NCBI GenBank assembly: GCA_963722825.1
Contig: CAVROI010000002.1
Coordinates: 634,463-698,462, forward strand
Reading direction: 5' to 3'
Length of the DNA: 64,000 nucleotides
From: an uncultured Gemmatimonadales bacterium
GTDB taxonomy: Bacteria > Gemmatimonadota > Gemmatimonadetes > Gemmatimonadales > GWC2-71-9
The notes below the pieces were generated by a model that was not told the DNA's origin, made no database searches, and saw only the letters and a program-made list of their open reading frames with translations. Positions 20,957 through 30,400 of this stretch are shown piece by piece (within the stretch, counting starts at the first letter, position 1; each line of letters starts with the position of its first letter). Position numbers and translations under genes: made by a program.

Positions 20957-21328
20957 CTATGGGGAGGTCTTCGGCGGTGGCTCTGTGCCCTCAATCACAC
21001 GGGTAGCGCCGTCCCTCTTCGTGAGAACAGGCCGGACCACGGCCACGGCAAGTCCGACCACGCTCGTCACGAAGGTCTTCCAGATGAGCGCGAGGCCCGC
21101 GCCGTCGACCTTGACGACCTCGACGGCGGCGAGGATCCCGATGGTGCCCGTTGCGGCGAAGAAGACGAGCAGCACCCAGAGGAGGACCCGCATGAACTGG
21201 TGCGGGAGCCGCTCGTCGGCCGCCCCGGCCAGCGTCTGTCGGATGGCCTCGTCGTAATAGCGCTTGAGGCGGGGATTGCCGCACTCCTCGCGCATCCGCT
21301 GGAGATCGGGAAGCTGGCTGAGGTTCAT
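20957..21328 (-). CDS. small membrane protein (123 aa, two predicted TM helices), unknown function
   Basis: MNLSQLPDLQRMREECGNPRLKRYYDEAIRQ..., then FMRVLLWVLLVFFAATGTIGILAAV and LALIWKTFVTSVVGLAVAVV. The ATG at 21328 overlaps the upstream stop (ATGA). Confidence 0.6.
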   Translation of the reverse strand: MNLSQLPDLQRMREECGNPRLKRYYDEAIRQTLAGAADERLPHQFMRVLLWVLLVFFAATGTIGILAAVEVVKVDGAGLALIWKTFVTSVVGLAVAVVRPVLTKRDGATRVIEGTEPPPKTSP

Positions 21329-21642
21329 CGGAGGACCCGGAAGACGAGCTCGACGTTCTCGGGACCGATGGTGATCCGGTCGCCGAACTCGTCGGTGACT
21401 GCGGCCGGCACCTCGGGCAGGGAGCCGTACGAGGCGACCTCTCTCCCGTGCCGATCCACCACCCTCAGCTCGAGGCGGCCCTCGTTCTTCCTGGCCAGCA
21501 CCTGCAGCAGCGCGATCGTCGGGCCGAGTGGGAGACGGACCAGCTCGGCCACGACTTGGGGATCGAGCGCCGTTCCCCGCGATGCTCGGCGCACCACCTC
21601 CCGTACACGAATGAGGTCCCTGGCCCACGCGACGTCCACCAC
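21325..21642 (-). CDS. small cytoplasmic protein (~104 aa), unknown function
   Basis: The C-terminal part of track ORF 21325-21822 is protein-like (VVDVAWARDLIRVREVV...NVELVFRVLR). GTG candidates at 21642 and 21639 sit just after the upstream stop (21647-21649), with GAGGA adjacent. The start is uncertain. Confidence 0.5.
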   Translation of the reverse strand: MVDVAWARDLIRVREVVRRASRGTALDPQVVAELVRLPLGPTIALLQVLARKNEGRLELRVVDRHGREVASYGSLPEVPAAVTDEFGDRITIGPENVELVFRVLR

Positions 21643-21646
21643 GTCC

Positions 21647-22600
21647 TCAGGCGTGCGCCTGGATCTGGCCAAGCACGTACCGGACTTCCTGCACCAGCGA
21701 ATCGCGAGTGAAGCGCACCATGCTGGTCGAGGCGTAGATGTCCGTAGGGATCTCGCGCAGCAGATGGGGCGCGCCGTTGCCGGGCTGGCCTCCCGGCAGC
21801 CACACATAGCGGCCCGAGTCACGCACGGCGATGCTGGGCTTGACCGCCTGGAAGACTCGCATCGCCCGCACGTCGAGGCCGAGAGCCACGATGTCCACCC
21901 GGCCGTCGAGGGTCGAGCCTCGACCCTGCTGGAGTCGGACCAGATCGCCCGACTCCAGCTCGAGGAGCGCCTGGTGGAGGGGAAACGGAGCCAGCGGCCC
22001 GCCGAGGAGGGCCTCCGCCCTGGCCCGATAATGGGCGAAATAGTCGAGCGGCCGGTGCCCGTGCGGATGAATCCGGCCAGGCGAGTCGTAGCTCAGCGTC
22101 ACGAACCCGCTCTGCCGATCGACGTCGAGCACGATCACCTTGCCCACCCGGCGCCACCCGACCCGCTCCTCCGCCAGTCTGACGGCGGGATGCCGGTGCG
22201 TCTCGCTGAAGGTGACGCGGATGTGGCGGGGGTCTACGTAAGCGTAGTTCTGCCGAGGGGATTCGGGCTGTGCTTCGATCCTGGCCTCCGACCACCGGCC
22301 GATCCGGTGGGTGAATGGGGCCTCGTCCAGCCGCTCGAGCGTGGCCCGGTCCGCCTTGAACAGGTAGACTCGCTTGTTCCGGTACTCGAGGAACTCGACG
22401 ATGGCGCGGTCGACCGTTTCGGCGGTGAGCGCGCCGCGGTCGACATAATCGAGCACTCGTTGGATCACCTGCGCTCGACCATCGTTCATACCGGCTGGGA
22501 GCCGGTGGTAGCGGAGGAAATACTTGAGCTGCACACCGCTGGCGAGCCTGAGGCCGGCGTAGCGGGTGCGGCGTGGGGACGACGAATCTCTGGTTGACAT
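21647..22600 (-). CDS. hypothetical protein (317 aa), no recognisable domain
   Basis: The in-frame ATG at 22600 (MSTRDSSSPRRTRYAGLRLASGVQLKYFLRYHRL...) gives balanced, protein-like composition through ...VRYVLGQIQAHA. The upstream part of the track ORF (to 22807) looks non-coding. Confidence 0.6.
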   Translation of the reverse strand: MSTRDSSSPRRTRYAGLRLASGVQLKYFLRYHRLPAGMNDGRAQVIQRVLDYVDRGALTAETVDRAIVEFLEYRNKRVYLFKADRATLERLDEAPFTHRIGRWSEARIEAQPESPRQNYAYVDPRHIRVTFSETHRHPAVRLAEERVGWRRVGKVIVLDVDRQSGFVTLSYDSPGRIHPHGHRPLDYFAHYRARAEALLGGPLAPFPLHQALLELESGDLVRLQQGRGSTLDGRVDIVALGLDVRAMRVFQAVKPSIAVRDSGRYVWLPGGQPGNGAPHLLREIPTDIYASTSMVRFTRDSLVQEVRYVLGQIQAHA

Positions 22601-22667
22601 CAGGGTATCCTCGGACCTTTTCTTACCCGAACATATCCCGAAGCTGCGATCTCCGCCAGCCTCCCCG

Positions 22668-23351
22668 GTGACTATCGGCACCGCGGCTGAATTCCGAGGC
22701 CGCCAGATTTCCATCGTGCTCATCGATCCCGCTCCCGACGCCCCCGTTGCCCGCGTCTTTCTCCTCTCCCCGGCCCACTGCGGTGGCAAGCGAGCCGGGT
22801 TCCTCATGCGAGGCGAGGCCCGGTTCCCTCTGGCGGAACGCCTGCGGATTGGGGACTCGGTAAGCCTGGGCGAGGCCTTCAGCTTTCTCAGCGGGCTCTA
22901 CTTTCGGGGCAAGCTCGCGTACGCCGAACGGTTTGCCGCACCCGATCTCGGCGCGTCCGCCATCCAGGTGATCACGACCAATCGCGGCCTGGTGACGGCC
23001 GCGACGACGATCGGCGTGAGCGATCTGCGGGAGTTCGGCAGCGGCGAGATCAGCGTCGACGATGCCCGATACCGCCTGCCGCTGGAGCGCGACCTGGCTC
23101 CGCTGGCTGCTCGCCGGGCGCTCGAAGTCGTCCTTCTCGGCAGTGTCGCGACCGGGAAATACGTGGACATCCTTGTGGAGGCCTTCGGCGACCGGCTGTT
23201 GTTTCCGTCGTCCTTCGTGGGGCGGGGAGACATGAGTCGTGGGGCGCTCCTCCTTCGCGCCGCGCGCGAAGGGACGGAGCTCGACTACGAGCGAGTGATG
23301 ACCGCCGTGAGGCGCGGGCCCCGCGCCGGGAAGATCGGAGTGTCGGAATGA
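22668..23351 (+). CDS. conserved hypothetical protein (~227 aa) coupled to the LigD-PE gene
   Basis: Protein-like sequence with LLSPAHCGGKRAGFL, VVLLGSVATGKYVDIL and FPSSFVGRGDMSRGALLLRAA. The start is uncertain (GTG at 22668 proposed). The stop overlaps the next ATG (ATGA at 23348-23351). Confidence 0.6.
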   Translation: MTIGTAAEFRGRQISIVLIDPAPDAPVARVFLLSPAHCGGKRAGFLMRGEARFPLAERLRIGDSVSLGEAFSFLSGLYFRGKLAYAERFAAPDLGASAIQVITTNRGLVTAATTIGVSDLREFGSGEISVDDARYRLPLERDLAPLAARRALEVVLLGSVATGKYVDILVEAFGDRLLFPSSFVGRGDMSRGALLLRAAREGTELDYERVMTAVRRGPRAGKIGVSE

Positions 23352-23947
23352 GAAAGAAGGAGAAGCTCACCGAATACCGGCGGAAGCGGGACTTCACGAA
23401 GACGAAGGAGCCATCGGGCGGCCGTGCGGCAAGGACGAAGAAGTTGGCGTTCGTCATCCAGAAGCACGCTGCCCGCAACCTGCACTTCGACTTGCGCCTC
23501 GAGCTCGACGGCGTGATGAAGAGCTGGGCGGTGCCCAAGGGTCCGAGTCTCGATCCCGCCGTCAAGCGGCTGGCCATGCAGGTCGAAGACCATCCCATCG
23601 AATACAACGCGTTCGAGGGGACCATTCCCGCGGGCGAATACGGTGGAGGGACGGTGATGGTCTGGGACCGTGGCACGTACAAGTACGGCGGCGACGATCC
23701 CGATCCGGTCGAGGGTCTCCGGCGCGGCTACGAGAAGGGCGACTTCAAATTCGTGCTCCAGGGCAAGCGGCTCAAGGGATCATGGGTACTCGTGCGAACC
23801 CGGCGGGGCGATCCGAAGCGCGCCCAATGGCTCCTCATCAAGCACCGGGACGATCATGCCGACCCCGGATCCGACGTGGTGGCGGAAAACACGACGTCGG
23901 CCGTGACCGGCCGGACCATGGAGGAGATCGCGGACACTCAATCGTGA
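23348..23947 (+). CDS. stand-alone LigD-type 3'-phosphoesterase (PE) domain protein
   Basis: YRRKRDFTKTKEP...FVIQKHAARNLHFDLRLELDGVMKSWAVPKGPSLDP...VEDHPIEY..FEGTIPAGEYGGG. This aligns by eye with the N-terminal PE domain of the LigD at 38101. Confidence 0.9.
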   Translation: MRKKEKLTEYRRKRDFTKTKEPSGGRAARTKKLAFVIQKHAARNLHFDLRLELDGVMKSWAVPKGPSLDPAVKRLAMQVEDHPIEYNAFEGTIPAGEYGGGTVMVWDRGTYKYGGDDPDPVEGLRRGYEKGDFKFVLQGKRLKGSWVLVRTRRGDPKRAQWLLIKHRDDHADPGSDVVAENTTSAVTGRTMEEIADTQS

Positions 23948-23954
23948 GCCTCGC

Positions 23955-24854
23955 TCACGCCGACACCGTGTGCGTCTCCAGCTCTCTCATGGTGCGATCG
24001 TCCAGGGTGATCGACCCGGCGGCGCAGTTTTCCTCCAGGTGCTCCACCTTCGATGTCCCCGGAATCGGGAGCATCACGGGCGACCTGCGAAGCAGCCAGG
24101 CGAGCGCGATCTGCGATGGCTGCGCGCCCAGCCGCACCGCCGCCCGGGCGAGCGGGCCCCCCGGCTTGGCCAGACTTCCGGTTCCGAGCGGGTACCAGGG
24201 GATGAAGCCGATGTCTTCCCGCGTGCAGTAATCGACGACGTCCTCCGACCCTCGATCCACCAGGCTGTAGCGGTTCTGTACCGACGCGATGGGCGTGTGG
24301 CGGCGCACCGCCTCGATCTGCGGCACCTTCACTTCCGAGAGCCCGATGTAGCGAATCTTCCCCTCTCGCTGAAGATCGAGCAGCGTGGCGATCTGGTCGT
24401 CCAGTGGCACGTTGGGGTCGATCCGGTGAAGTTGAAAGAGGTCGATGCGCTCGAGTCTGAGCCGTTGAAGACTGCCATCGCACGCCTCACGCAGGTGCTC
24501 CGGACGTCCGTCCTCGACCCACTTGCCGGGGCCAGGCCGCTGAAAGCCCGCCTTGGTGGCGATCACCAGGTCCTTGGGATACGGATACAGAGCCTCGGCG
24601 ACGAGGCGTTCGGCCACCTCGGGGCCGTAGGAATCGGCGGTGTCCAGCAGGGTGACACCGAGCTCGACGGCCCGGCGCAGGACGGCGATGGCCTCCGACC
24701 GATCGGCCGGTTCGCCCCAGACGCCGGTGCCGGTCAGGCGCATGGTGCCGAAACCGAGCCGGCGGACGGGAAGATCGCTGCCAAGGTAGAAGGTCCCGCT
24801 GTCGATGACAGGACGTGATCCGGGGGGGCGGGAAGAGGAAGGTATGGACGTCAT
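23955..24854 (-). CDS. aldo/keto reductase
   Basis: LGFGTMRLTG..., LLDTADSYG, IRYIGLSE and PIPGTSKVEHLEEN motifs. The start is the ATG at 24854. Confidence 0.85.
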   Translation of the reverse strand: MTSIPSSSRPPGSRPVIDSGTFYLGSDLPVRRLGFGTMRLTGTGVWGEPADRSEAIAVLRRAVELGVTLLDTADSYGPEVAERLVAEALYPYPKDLVIATKAGFQRPGPGKWVEDGRPEHLREACDGSLQRLRLERIDLFQLHRIDPNVPLDDQIATLLDLQREGKIRYIGLSEVKVPQIEAVRRHTPIASVQNRYSLVDRGSEDVVDYCTREDIGFIPWYPLGTGSLAKPGGPLARAAVRLGAQPSQIALAWLLRRSPVMLPIPGTSKVEHLEENCAAGSITLDDRTMRELETHTVSA

Positions 24855-24964
24855 GGTCGAGCGCTCCGTGGGTTCGAATGTTCGTTCGAATGTTCTACGG
24901 AGTATGTTAGCCCCGTCGACCGGCCCGAGGCGAGGCGGGTTCCACACTCAACCCTGGTGGATTC

Positions 24965-25549
24965 ATGCCGACTGATTTCCCCTCGAGCCGCCCCTACCTG
25001 CTCACGGCGCTCCTCTGGCTCGCCGTCGCGATCGGGCTCAGCGCCTCGGGCAGGATCGCGCATCTTCGGCCGCCGACCCCCCAGCTTATTGTCGCCAGCC
25101 TGACGATCGCCGTCACCATGGCCGGCGTTTTTCTGCCGGGGTTCCGCGCCTGGCTGAGCTCGATCCGCCCGCGGGCATTCATCGCCTTTCACGTCACCCG
25201 GTTTGCGGGCGCCTATTTTCTGGTTCTGTACTCGCGGGGCCAGCTGCCGTACGCGTTCGCGGTGCCAGGTGGCTGGGGAGATATCGTGGTGGCCACACTG
25301 GCACTCGTGCTCGTGCTCTTCGTGTCCGATCTGCAGCGCGCCCGCCCCGTCGTTCTGGCGTGGAATCTCCTCGGACTGGCCGACATCATTTTCGTCGTGG
25401 CCACCGCAACGAGGCTGGGGCTCGCGGACCCATCGTCCATGGCGGCACTCCTGCATCTGCCGTTGAGCCTGCTGCCGACCTTTCTGGTGCCCCTCATCAT
25501 CGCGAGCCACCTGCTGATCTTCTCCCGCTTCCTGCAACGGCAGCCCTGA
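24965..25549 (+). CDS. integral membrane protein (194 aa), unknown function
   Basis: About 5-6 hydrophobic helices; no motif recognised. Confidence 0.55.
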   Translation: MPTDFPSSRPYLLTALLWLAVAIGLSASGRIAHLRPPTPQLIVASLTIAVTMAGVFLPGFRAWLSSIRPRAFIAFHVTRFAGAYFLVLYSRGQLPYAFAVPGGWGDIVVATLALVLVLFVSDLQRARPVVLAWNLLGLADIIFVVATATRLGLADPSSMAALLHLPLSLLPTFLVPLIIASHLLIFSRFLQRQP

Positions 25550-25553
25550 CCTC

Positions 25554-26813
25554 ATGGAATTCGACGCCTTCATCGCGCTCACGGTAGGCCTCATCTTCGG
25601 TGCCGGCCTTGCCTGGCTCGTCCTCCGGGGCCGTCTCGCGCGGCTCGAGGAACGGGTGGCAGCGGAACGGCGGGCCTCATCCGAGAAGCTCGACCTGCTC
25701 GCCGGCGACGAGGGCAGGCTCCGGGAAGCGTTCGGCGCGTTGTCGGCCGAAGCGTTGCGGCAGAACAACCAATCGTTTCTCGAGCTGGCGCGGACCAAGC
25801 TGGGCGAGTTTCAGCAGACTGCCGCGTCGGATCTGGAGAAGCGTCGTCATGCGGTGGAGGAGTTGGTGAGTCCCCTTCACGAGGCGCTTGTGCGGGTAGA
25901 TCTGAGGATTCGGGAGGTCGAAAAGGAGAGGGTAGCGTCCTACGCTGGTCTGGTCGAGCAGGTGAAGGCAATGGCGCTCACCCAGCAGGCGCTCCAGGCC
26001 GAGACCGGGAATCTGGTCAAGGCCCTCCGCGCGCCACAGGTACGCGGACGCTGGGGCGAGATTCAGCTCCGCCGGGTGGTGGAAATGGCGGGGATGCTCG
26101 ACTACTGCGATTTCGAGGAGCAAGCGACCACCGTCGGCGAGGATGGCCGGTTGCGGCCCGACCTCGTGGTTCGGCTACCCGGCGGGAAGACGGTCGTCGT
26201 GGATGCCAAGGCGCCGCTTGCCGCCTATCTCGATGCCGTCGACGGCAATCTCGATGACGGGGCCCGGGAAGTCCTGCTCAGGGATCACGCGCGCCAGGTG
26301 CGCGACCACATGGTGAGCCTCGGCAGCAAGGCGTACTGGAACCAGTTCCAGCCGGCACCCGATTTCGTGGTCATGTTCCTGCCGGGCGAGACGTTCTTCA
26401 GCGCCGCCTGCCAGCACGATCCGTCGCTCATCGAGTTCGGGGTGTCGCAGCAGGTGATCCCCGCCAGTCCCACGACGCTCATCTCGCTGCTGCGGGCGAT
26501 AGCCTATGGCTGGCGCCAGGAGCGGATCGCCCGGAATGCCCTGGAGATCAGCGAGCTGGGTCGTGTGCTCTACGAGCGGCTCGGCACGATGGCGGGGCAT
26601 TTCGACGAGCTGCGGCGCGGGCTCGACCGCGCGGTCGAGAGCTACAACAACGCCGTGGGATCGCTCGAGACCCGGGTGCTCGTGTCGGCTCGGCGGTTCA
26701 GGGACCTCGGAATCCCGGGGGAGGAACTGCCGGAAATCGGGGCACTGGATCACGTCGCTCGCAGTCTCCAGGCGCCCGAGATGACCGAAGGGCAGTCCAC
26801 AGCTGATACCTGA
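25554..26813 (+). CDS. rmuC: DNA recombination protein RmuC
   Basis: N-terminal TM helix and coiled coil, then RGRWGEIQLRRVVEMAGM...PDLVVRLPGGKTVVVDAKAPL and PDFVVMFLPGE, a typical RmuC nuclease-like core. Confidence 0.85.
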   Translation: MEFDAFIALTVGLIFGAGLAWLVLRGRLARLEERVAAERRASSEKLDLLAGDEGRLREAFGALSAEALRQNNQSFLELARTKLGEFQQTAASDLEKRRHAVEELVSPLHEALVRVDLRIREVEKERVASYAGLVEQVKAMALTQQALQAETGNLVKALRAPQVRGRWGEIQLRRVVEMAGMLDYCDFEEQATTVGEDGRLRPDLVVRLPGGKTVVVDAKAPLAAYLDAVDGNLDDGAREVLLRDHARQVRDHMVSLGSKAYWNQFQPAPDFVVMFLPGETFFSAACQHDPSLIEFGVSQQVIPASPTTLISLLRAIAYGWRQERIARNALEISELGRVLYERLGTMAGHFDELRRGLDRAVESYNNAVGSLETRVLVSARRFRDLGIPGEELPEIGALDHVARSLQAPEMTEGQSTADT

Positions 26814-26831
26814 CAGCTGGTAGCTGACGCC

Positions 26832-27191
26832 TCATTTCCTCCGGCTTCCCGACTGCACCCCTCCCGACAACCGCTCTCTCTCGAATTCGGCCATCTTCTC
26901 GGTGTCCACGTCGTGATGGCCGGTCATCCGGTGCCAGGCGTCCTTGACTGCATCCTTGATGTCCTCCCACTTGGCACCACCAGGGCCCCTCCCCTCGAAC
27001 TTGTCCCATCCGGTCCTCAGATCGGCTTCGACGTCGTTCCACATGCGCCCGAGATGATGATTCGCCGATTCGTAGCCGTATTGGAATGCCGGCCGGAACT
27101 CTTCGTACTCGCGACCCGCGGCGTACCGGCGCGAGGAAAAATTCTGGCGCCACCACGCGTCCTCCTCATTCCAGCTTCGATAGTCGGACAT
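26832..27191 (-). CDS. small W/E/D-rich hypothetical protein (119 aa)
   Basis: MSDYRSWNEEDAWWRQNF...GWDKFEGRGPGGAKWEDIKDAVKDAW. The composition contrasts with the overlapping shadow ORFs. Confidence 0.55.
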   Translation of the reverse strand: MSDYRSWNEEDAWWRQNFSSRRYAAGREYEEFRPAFQYGYESANHHLGRMWNDVEADLRTGWDKFEGRGPGGAKWEDIKDAVKDAWHRMTGHHDVDTEKMAEFERERLSGGVQSGSRRK

Positions 27192-27428
27192 TGCTACCTC
27201 CGTAATTTCCAGGAGCTCGATGGAGCCGCTCGAGATCAGGTTAGGCCGTTCGCATGGGAATCGAAGTGATCTCCCTCACTCGGCTCTGAAGTGACCTTCC
27301 TCACCCGGCTCTGAGGTTCGTCTCGTGCAGGGGTGTGACGCCCGTCATAGTGGGGCCAAGTCCGTTCGGCGACACTGAAGCGGGACTTCATGCCGGCATG
27401 CTTCGCGACCCCCTGACACGGAGTTCGA

Positions 27429-30400
27429 TTGCCCTCCCCACCGCCGGCCCGCCGGTTTCGGCGCACACGTATCGCCATGGCGTGCCTGCTGATGCTCGTC
27501 GTTGCCGTCGTAGGGCTGCTTCAGCTTCCGTCGGTTGCCACGTGGGTGGTGCGGCGGCTGGCCGGTCTCGTTCCGCTCAATCCGGGATATCGGCTGGAAG
27601 TCGCGCGGGCCAGTGGCAACTGGTTCGGCGGGCTGGCGCTCCAGGGAGTCGTGCTGGTGAGCAATGGCCGCGAGCTGGCGCGGGTGGATCGGCTGACCGC
27701 CCGCTACTCTATTGGCGAGCTTCGCGGTTCTCCAATGCACCTGCGTGAGATCGACGTCGAGGGAGTCAGGGCCACAGCGCGGCGCCAGGGAAAGACGTGG
27801 GATCTCGCCGAGGCGCTTCGGAAGTCCACCGATACCACCGGTGGTGAGGGGTTCGGCGTCGGGGTGATCGAGGTCAGTGACGCCGAACTCGCCGCCCAAT
27901 TCTCACCGGATTCCCTCTTGCGGGTACGGGGGCTCACCGCGCGCGTTCGTGACCTCCAGGTGGGGGACCAGGTGACGGCCGGAGTCGAGCGCCTCAACCT
28001 GGCGGTCGCGCCACCGGCGAGCCCGGTATGGTTTGCCGTGGCGACTCGGGGCGAGGTCTCCGCCGACTTCTACCACTTCGATCCGATCAGAATCCAGACG
28101 GAGCGCACCACCGTCGCGGGGCGCGTGATGCTGCCGCGGCGGTTCGACGACGCGCGCCTGCTCGAGCGATTGGACTTTCGCCTCGAGGCGTCCCCCCTCG
28201 CATTGGCCGACATCGCTCCGATGGTGCCGTCGGTGGCCAGGCGTGGCGCCCTCGAGCTGAATGCCAGGGCGGACGCTCGAGACAACGTCGTCACCGCACA
28301 TCTCCATGCCGGCATCGGGAAGGGAACGCTGGCGCTCACGGGGAGCACCGAGCTGGACAGGGGGAAGGCACGGGGACTCCGGCTCGACGGCACCGTGCGG
28401 CGTCTCGATCCGTCGACACTATCGAGCGATGGGCCGGCCGGCAGCATCGACGGGACCGTACGAGCCGATTTGCGGGGACCCCTCGACAGCGCCTTGGGCA
28501 CCGCGGACATGCGGGTCACCGAGTCCCGTGTCGGCACGACTTCGCTCCGGAGGCTCGATCTGCACAGCGACGTCGCTCGCGGCCGGGCCCTGGTGAAGCT
28601 GCGAGGTGCCGCCGATGCGGGAACGTTGGCCCTCGACGGATGGATCAGGCCGTTCGACTCGATACCCTCCTATCGGTTCTCCGGCTCCGCCACCCGGATC
28701 CCGGGCACGGCTGCGGTGGCGCGGACGCTCGCCGGCGCCCAGTCCGACTCGACGCTGGATGTCCGATTCGCCGTCGCCGGTCGTGGATTTGCTGTTGAAG
28801 CGGCCGATCTCACGGGGCGGCTCGATATCGCGGCGGTCCGCCAGTCGGGCGAGCGGCTCCCGGTCGGGCGTGCGACGATCTCGCTCGGCGCCGGCCGTCT
28901 GATCGCCCAGCCCGATCTGACCGTCGGCGGTGGACGCATTACCGCTTTGGCCACGGCCCATCTCGGTGATACCGTGACCTACCGTGTTACCAATGGCACC
29001 ATTGCCGGCGTCGATCTCGGCCGGCTGCTCGGGGACACCCTGGCCGCGCCGCTCAACGGCCGCTTCTCGCTCAGCGGCAGTGGCACCACTCCCGGCGAGG
29101 TGGTGGGGGTCGCCGACGTGAGGCTCGACGAGCTTCGCTACGGACACCGGCGGGTGGATAGCCTTGCCGCCGTTGCCCGGCTCGAGCGGGGGACGGCGAA
29201 GGTCGCCATGCGGGGCGGGATTCAAGGCGGCCGTGTCGTCGCCGACCTCGTGGCCCGCCCGTTTGATTCCACGGCATCGTATACGCTCAACCGGGTTGTC
29301 GCCGACAGCGTGGACCTCGGCTCTTTGATGGAGCGTGCCGGCCCCGTTCTCATTCACGGCACGCTCAAAGCCGCGCTCAACGGGCAGCGGCTCACCTACG
29401 AAGCCGCGATGAACACCAACGGCGGCACGATCGAGGTGGCGGGAGACGGCACGCCCCTCGCCGAATCGCCGGTCTTCTCGGTCAGGAAGGGCCGGGCCGA
29501 CTCTCTCGACCTCGGCGCCCTTCTAGGTCGCGCGGGGCTGCACAGCGATCTCAACGCCACCTTCACGGCCACCGTCGCCGGCGCCGGTGACAGCAGCCGA
29601 ACCCGGGTGGATCTCCAGCTCACACCTTCGAGCGTGAACGACGCCTCACTGACCGGTGGCCGGCTCGCTCTCGCGATGGAGCGGAAGGAGCTGCGTGGGC
29701 AGCTCACGCTCGAAGGGCCCGATGGAAGGGTCGGGGCCACCGCCCATGGCAGCATGGCGAAGGAAGCCACGGCGCTGCACACCGAGGGCACGCTGCTGCT
29801 CGAGCATCTCGCCAAATGGATCGGGCGGAAGGGTGCCGATGGAAGGATCGAGGGGAAATTCGCGCTCGATGCCAAGACCGATAGCGCCGGGCTCCGATCG
29901 ATCGGCGGTACCGTCGATGCGATCGGTGGCATGGGCGAGGCCCGACTCCTCGGCGCCCATCTCGTGCTGGGTGCCAGGGAAGGCACGATCAAGGTCGATA
30001 CTCTGGAAATTCGCTCGAACGTCGCGCAACTGGACGGCCATGGGACGGTCGCTCTCCGGAAAGGCGTGCCTCCGGGACTTCTCCGGATCGCGGGCCGCGT
30101 CGGCGATCTTGCGCCGCTCACCTCGCTCATCGGTGACACTGTCTCGATGGACTCGGCGCGCGTGGCCCTGAATCTCAAGGGACCGGCTTACGAGTGGCAG
30201 TTCGGCGGACAGGGCGAGGCGCACAGCGTGGTGTACGCGGGCACCCTCATGGAAAAGGTCGCCCTCGCGGCCAGCGGCACGATGGACAGCACCCGTCTCA
30301 GCGGAGTCCGCGGCGAGCTGCATGTCGCCGGCGCCGCCCTCGGCAAGGTGTCGGTTCCGATCTTTCGGGCGGTCGCACGATACGACTCCGTCGTCGCTCT

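Noticed and set aside
19190-22597. 1135-aa plus-strand ORF, the third-longest ORF in the track
   Set aside because: It is antisense to four well-supported minus-strand genes (the L,D-transpeptidase with SHGCVRV and the three-gene module). It is R/P/G/H-rich with no motif, which is typical of a high-GC shadow ORF.
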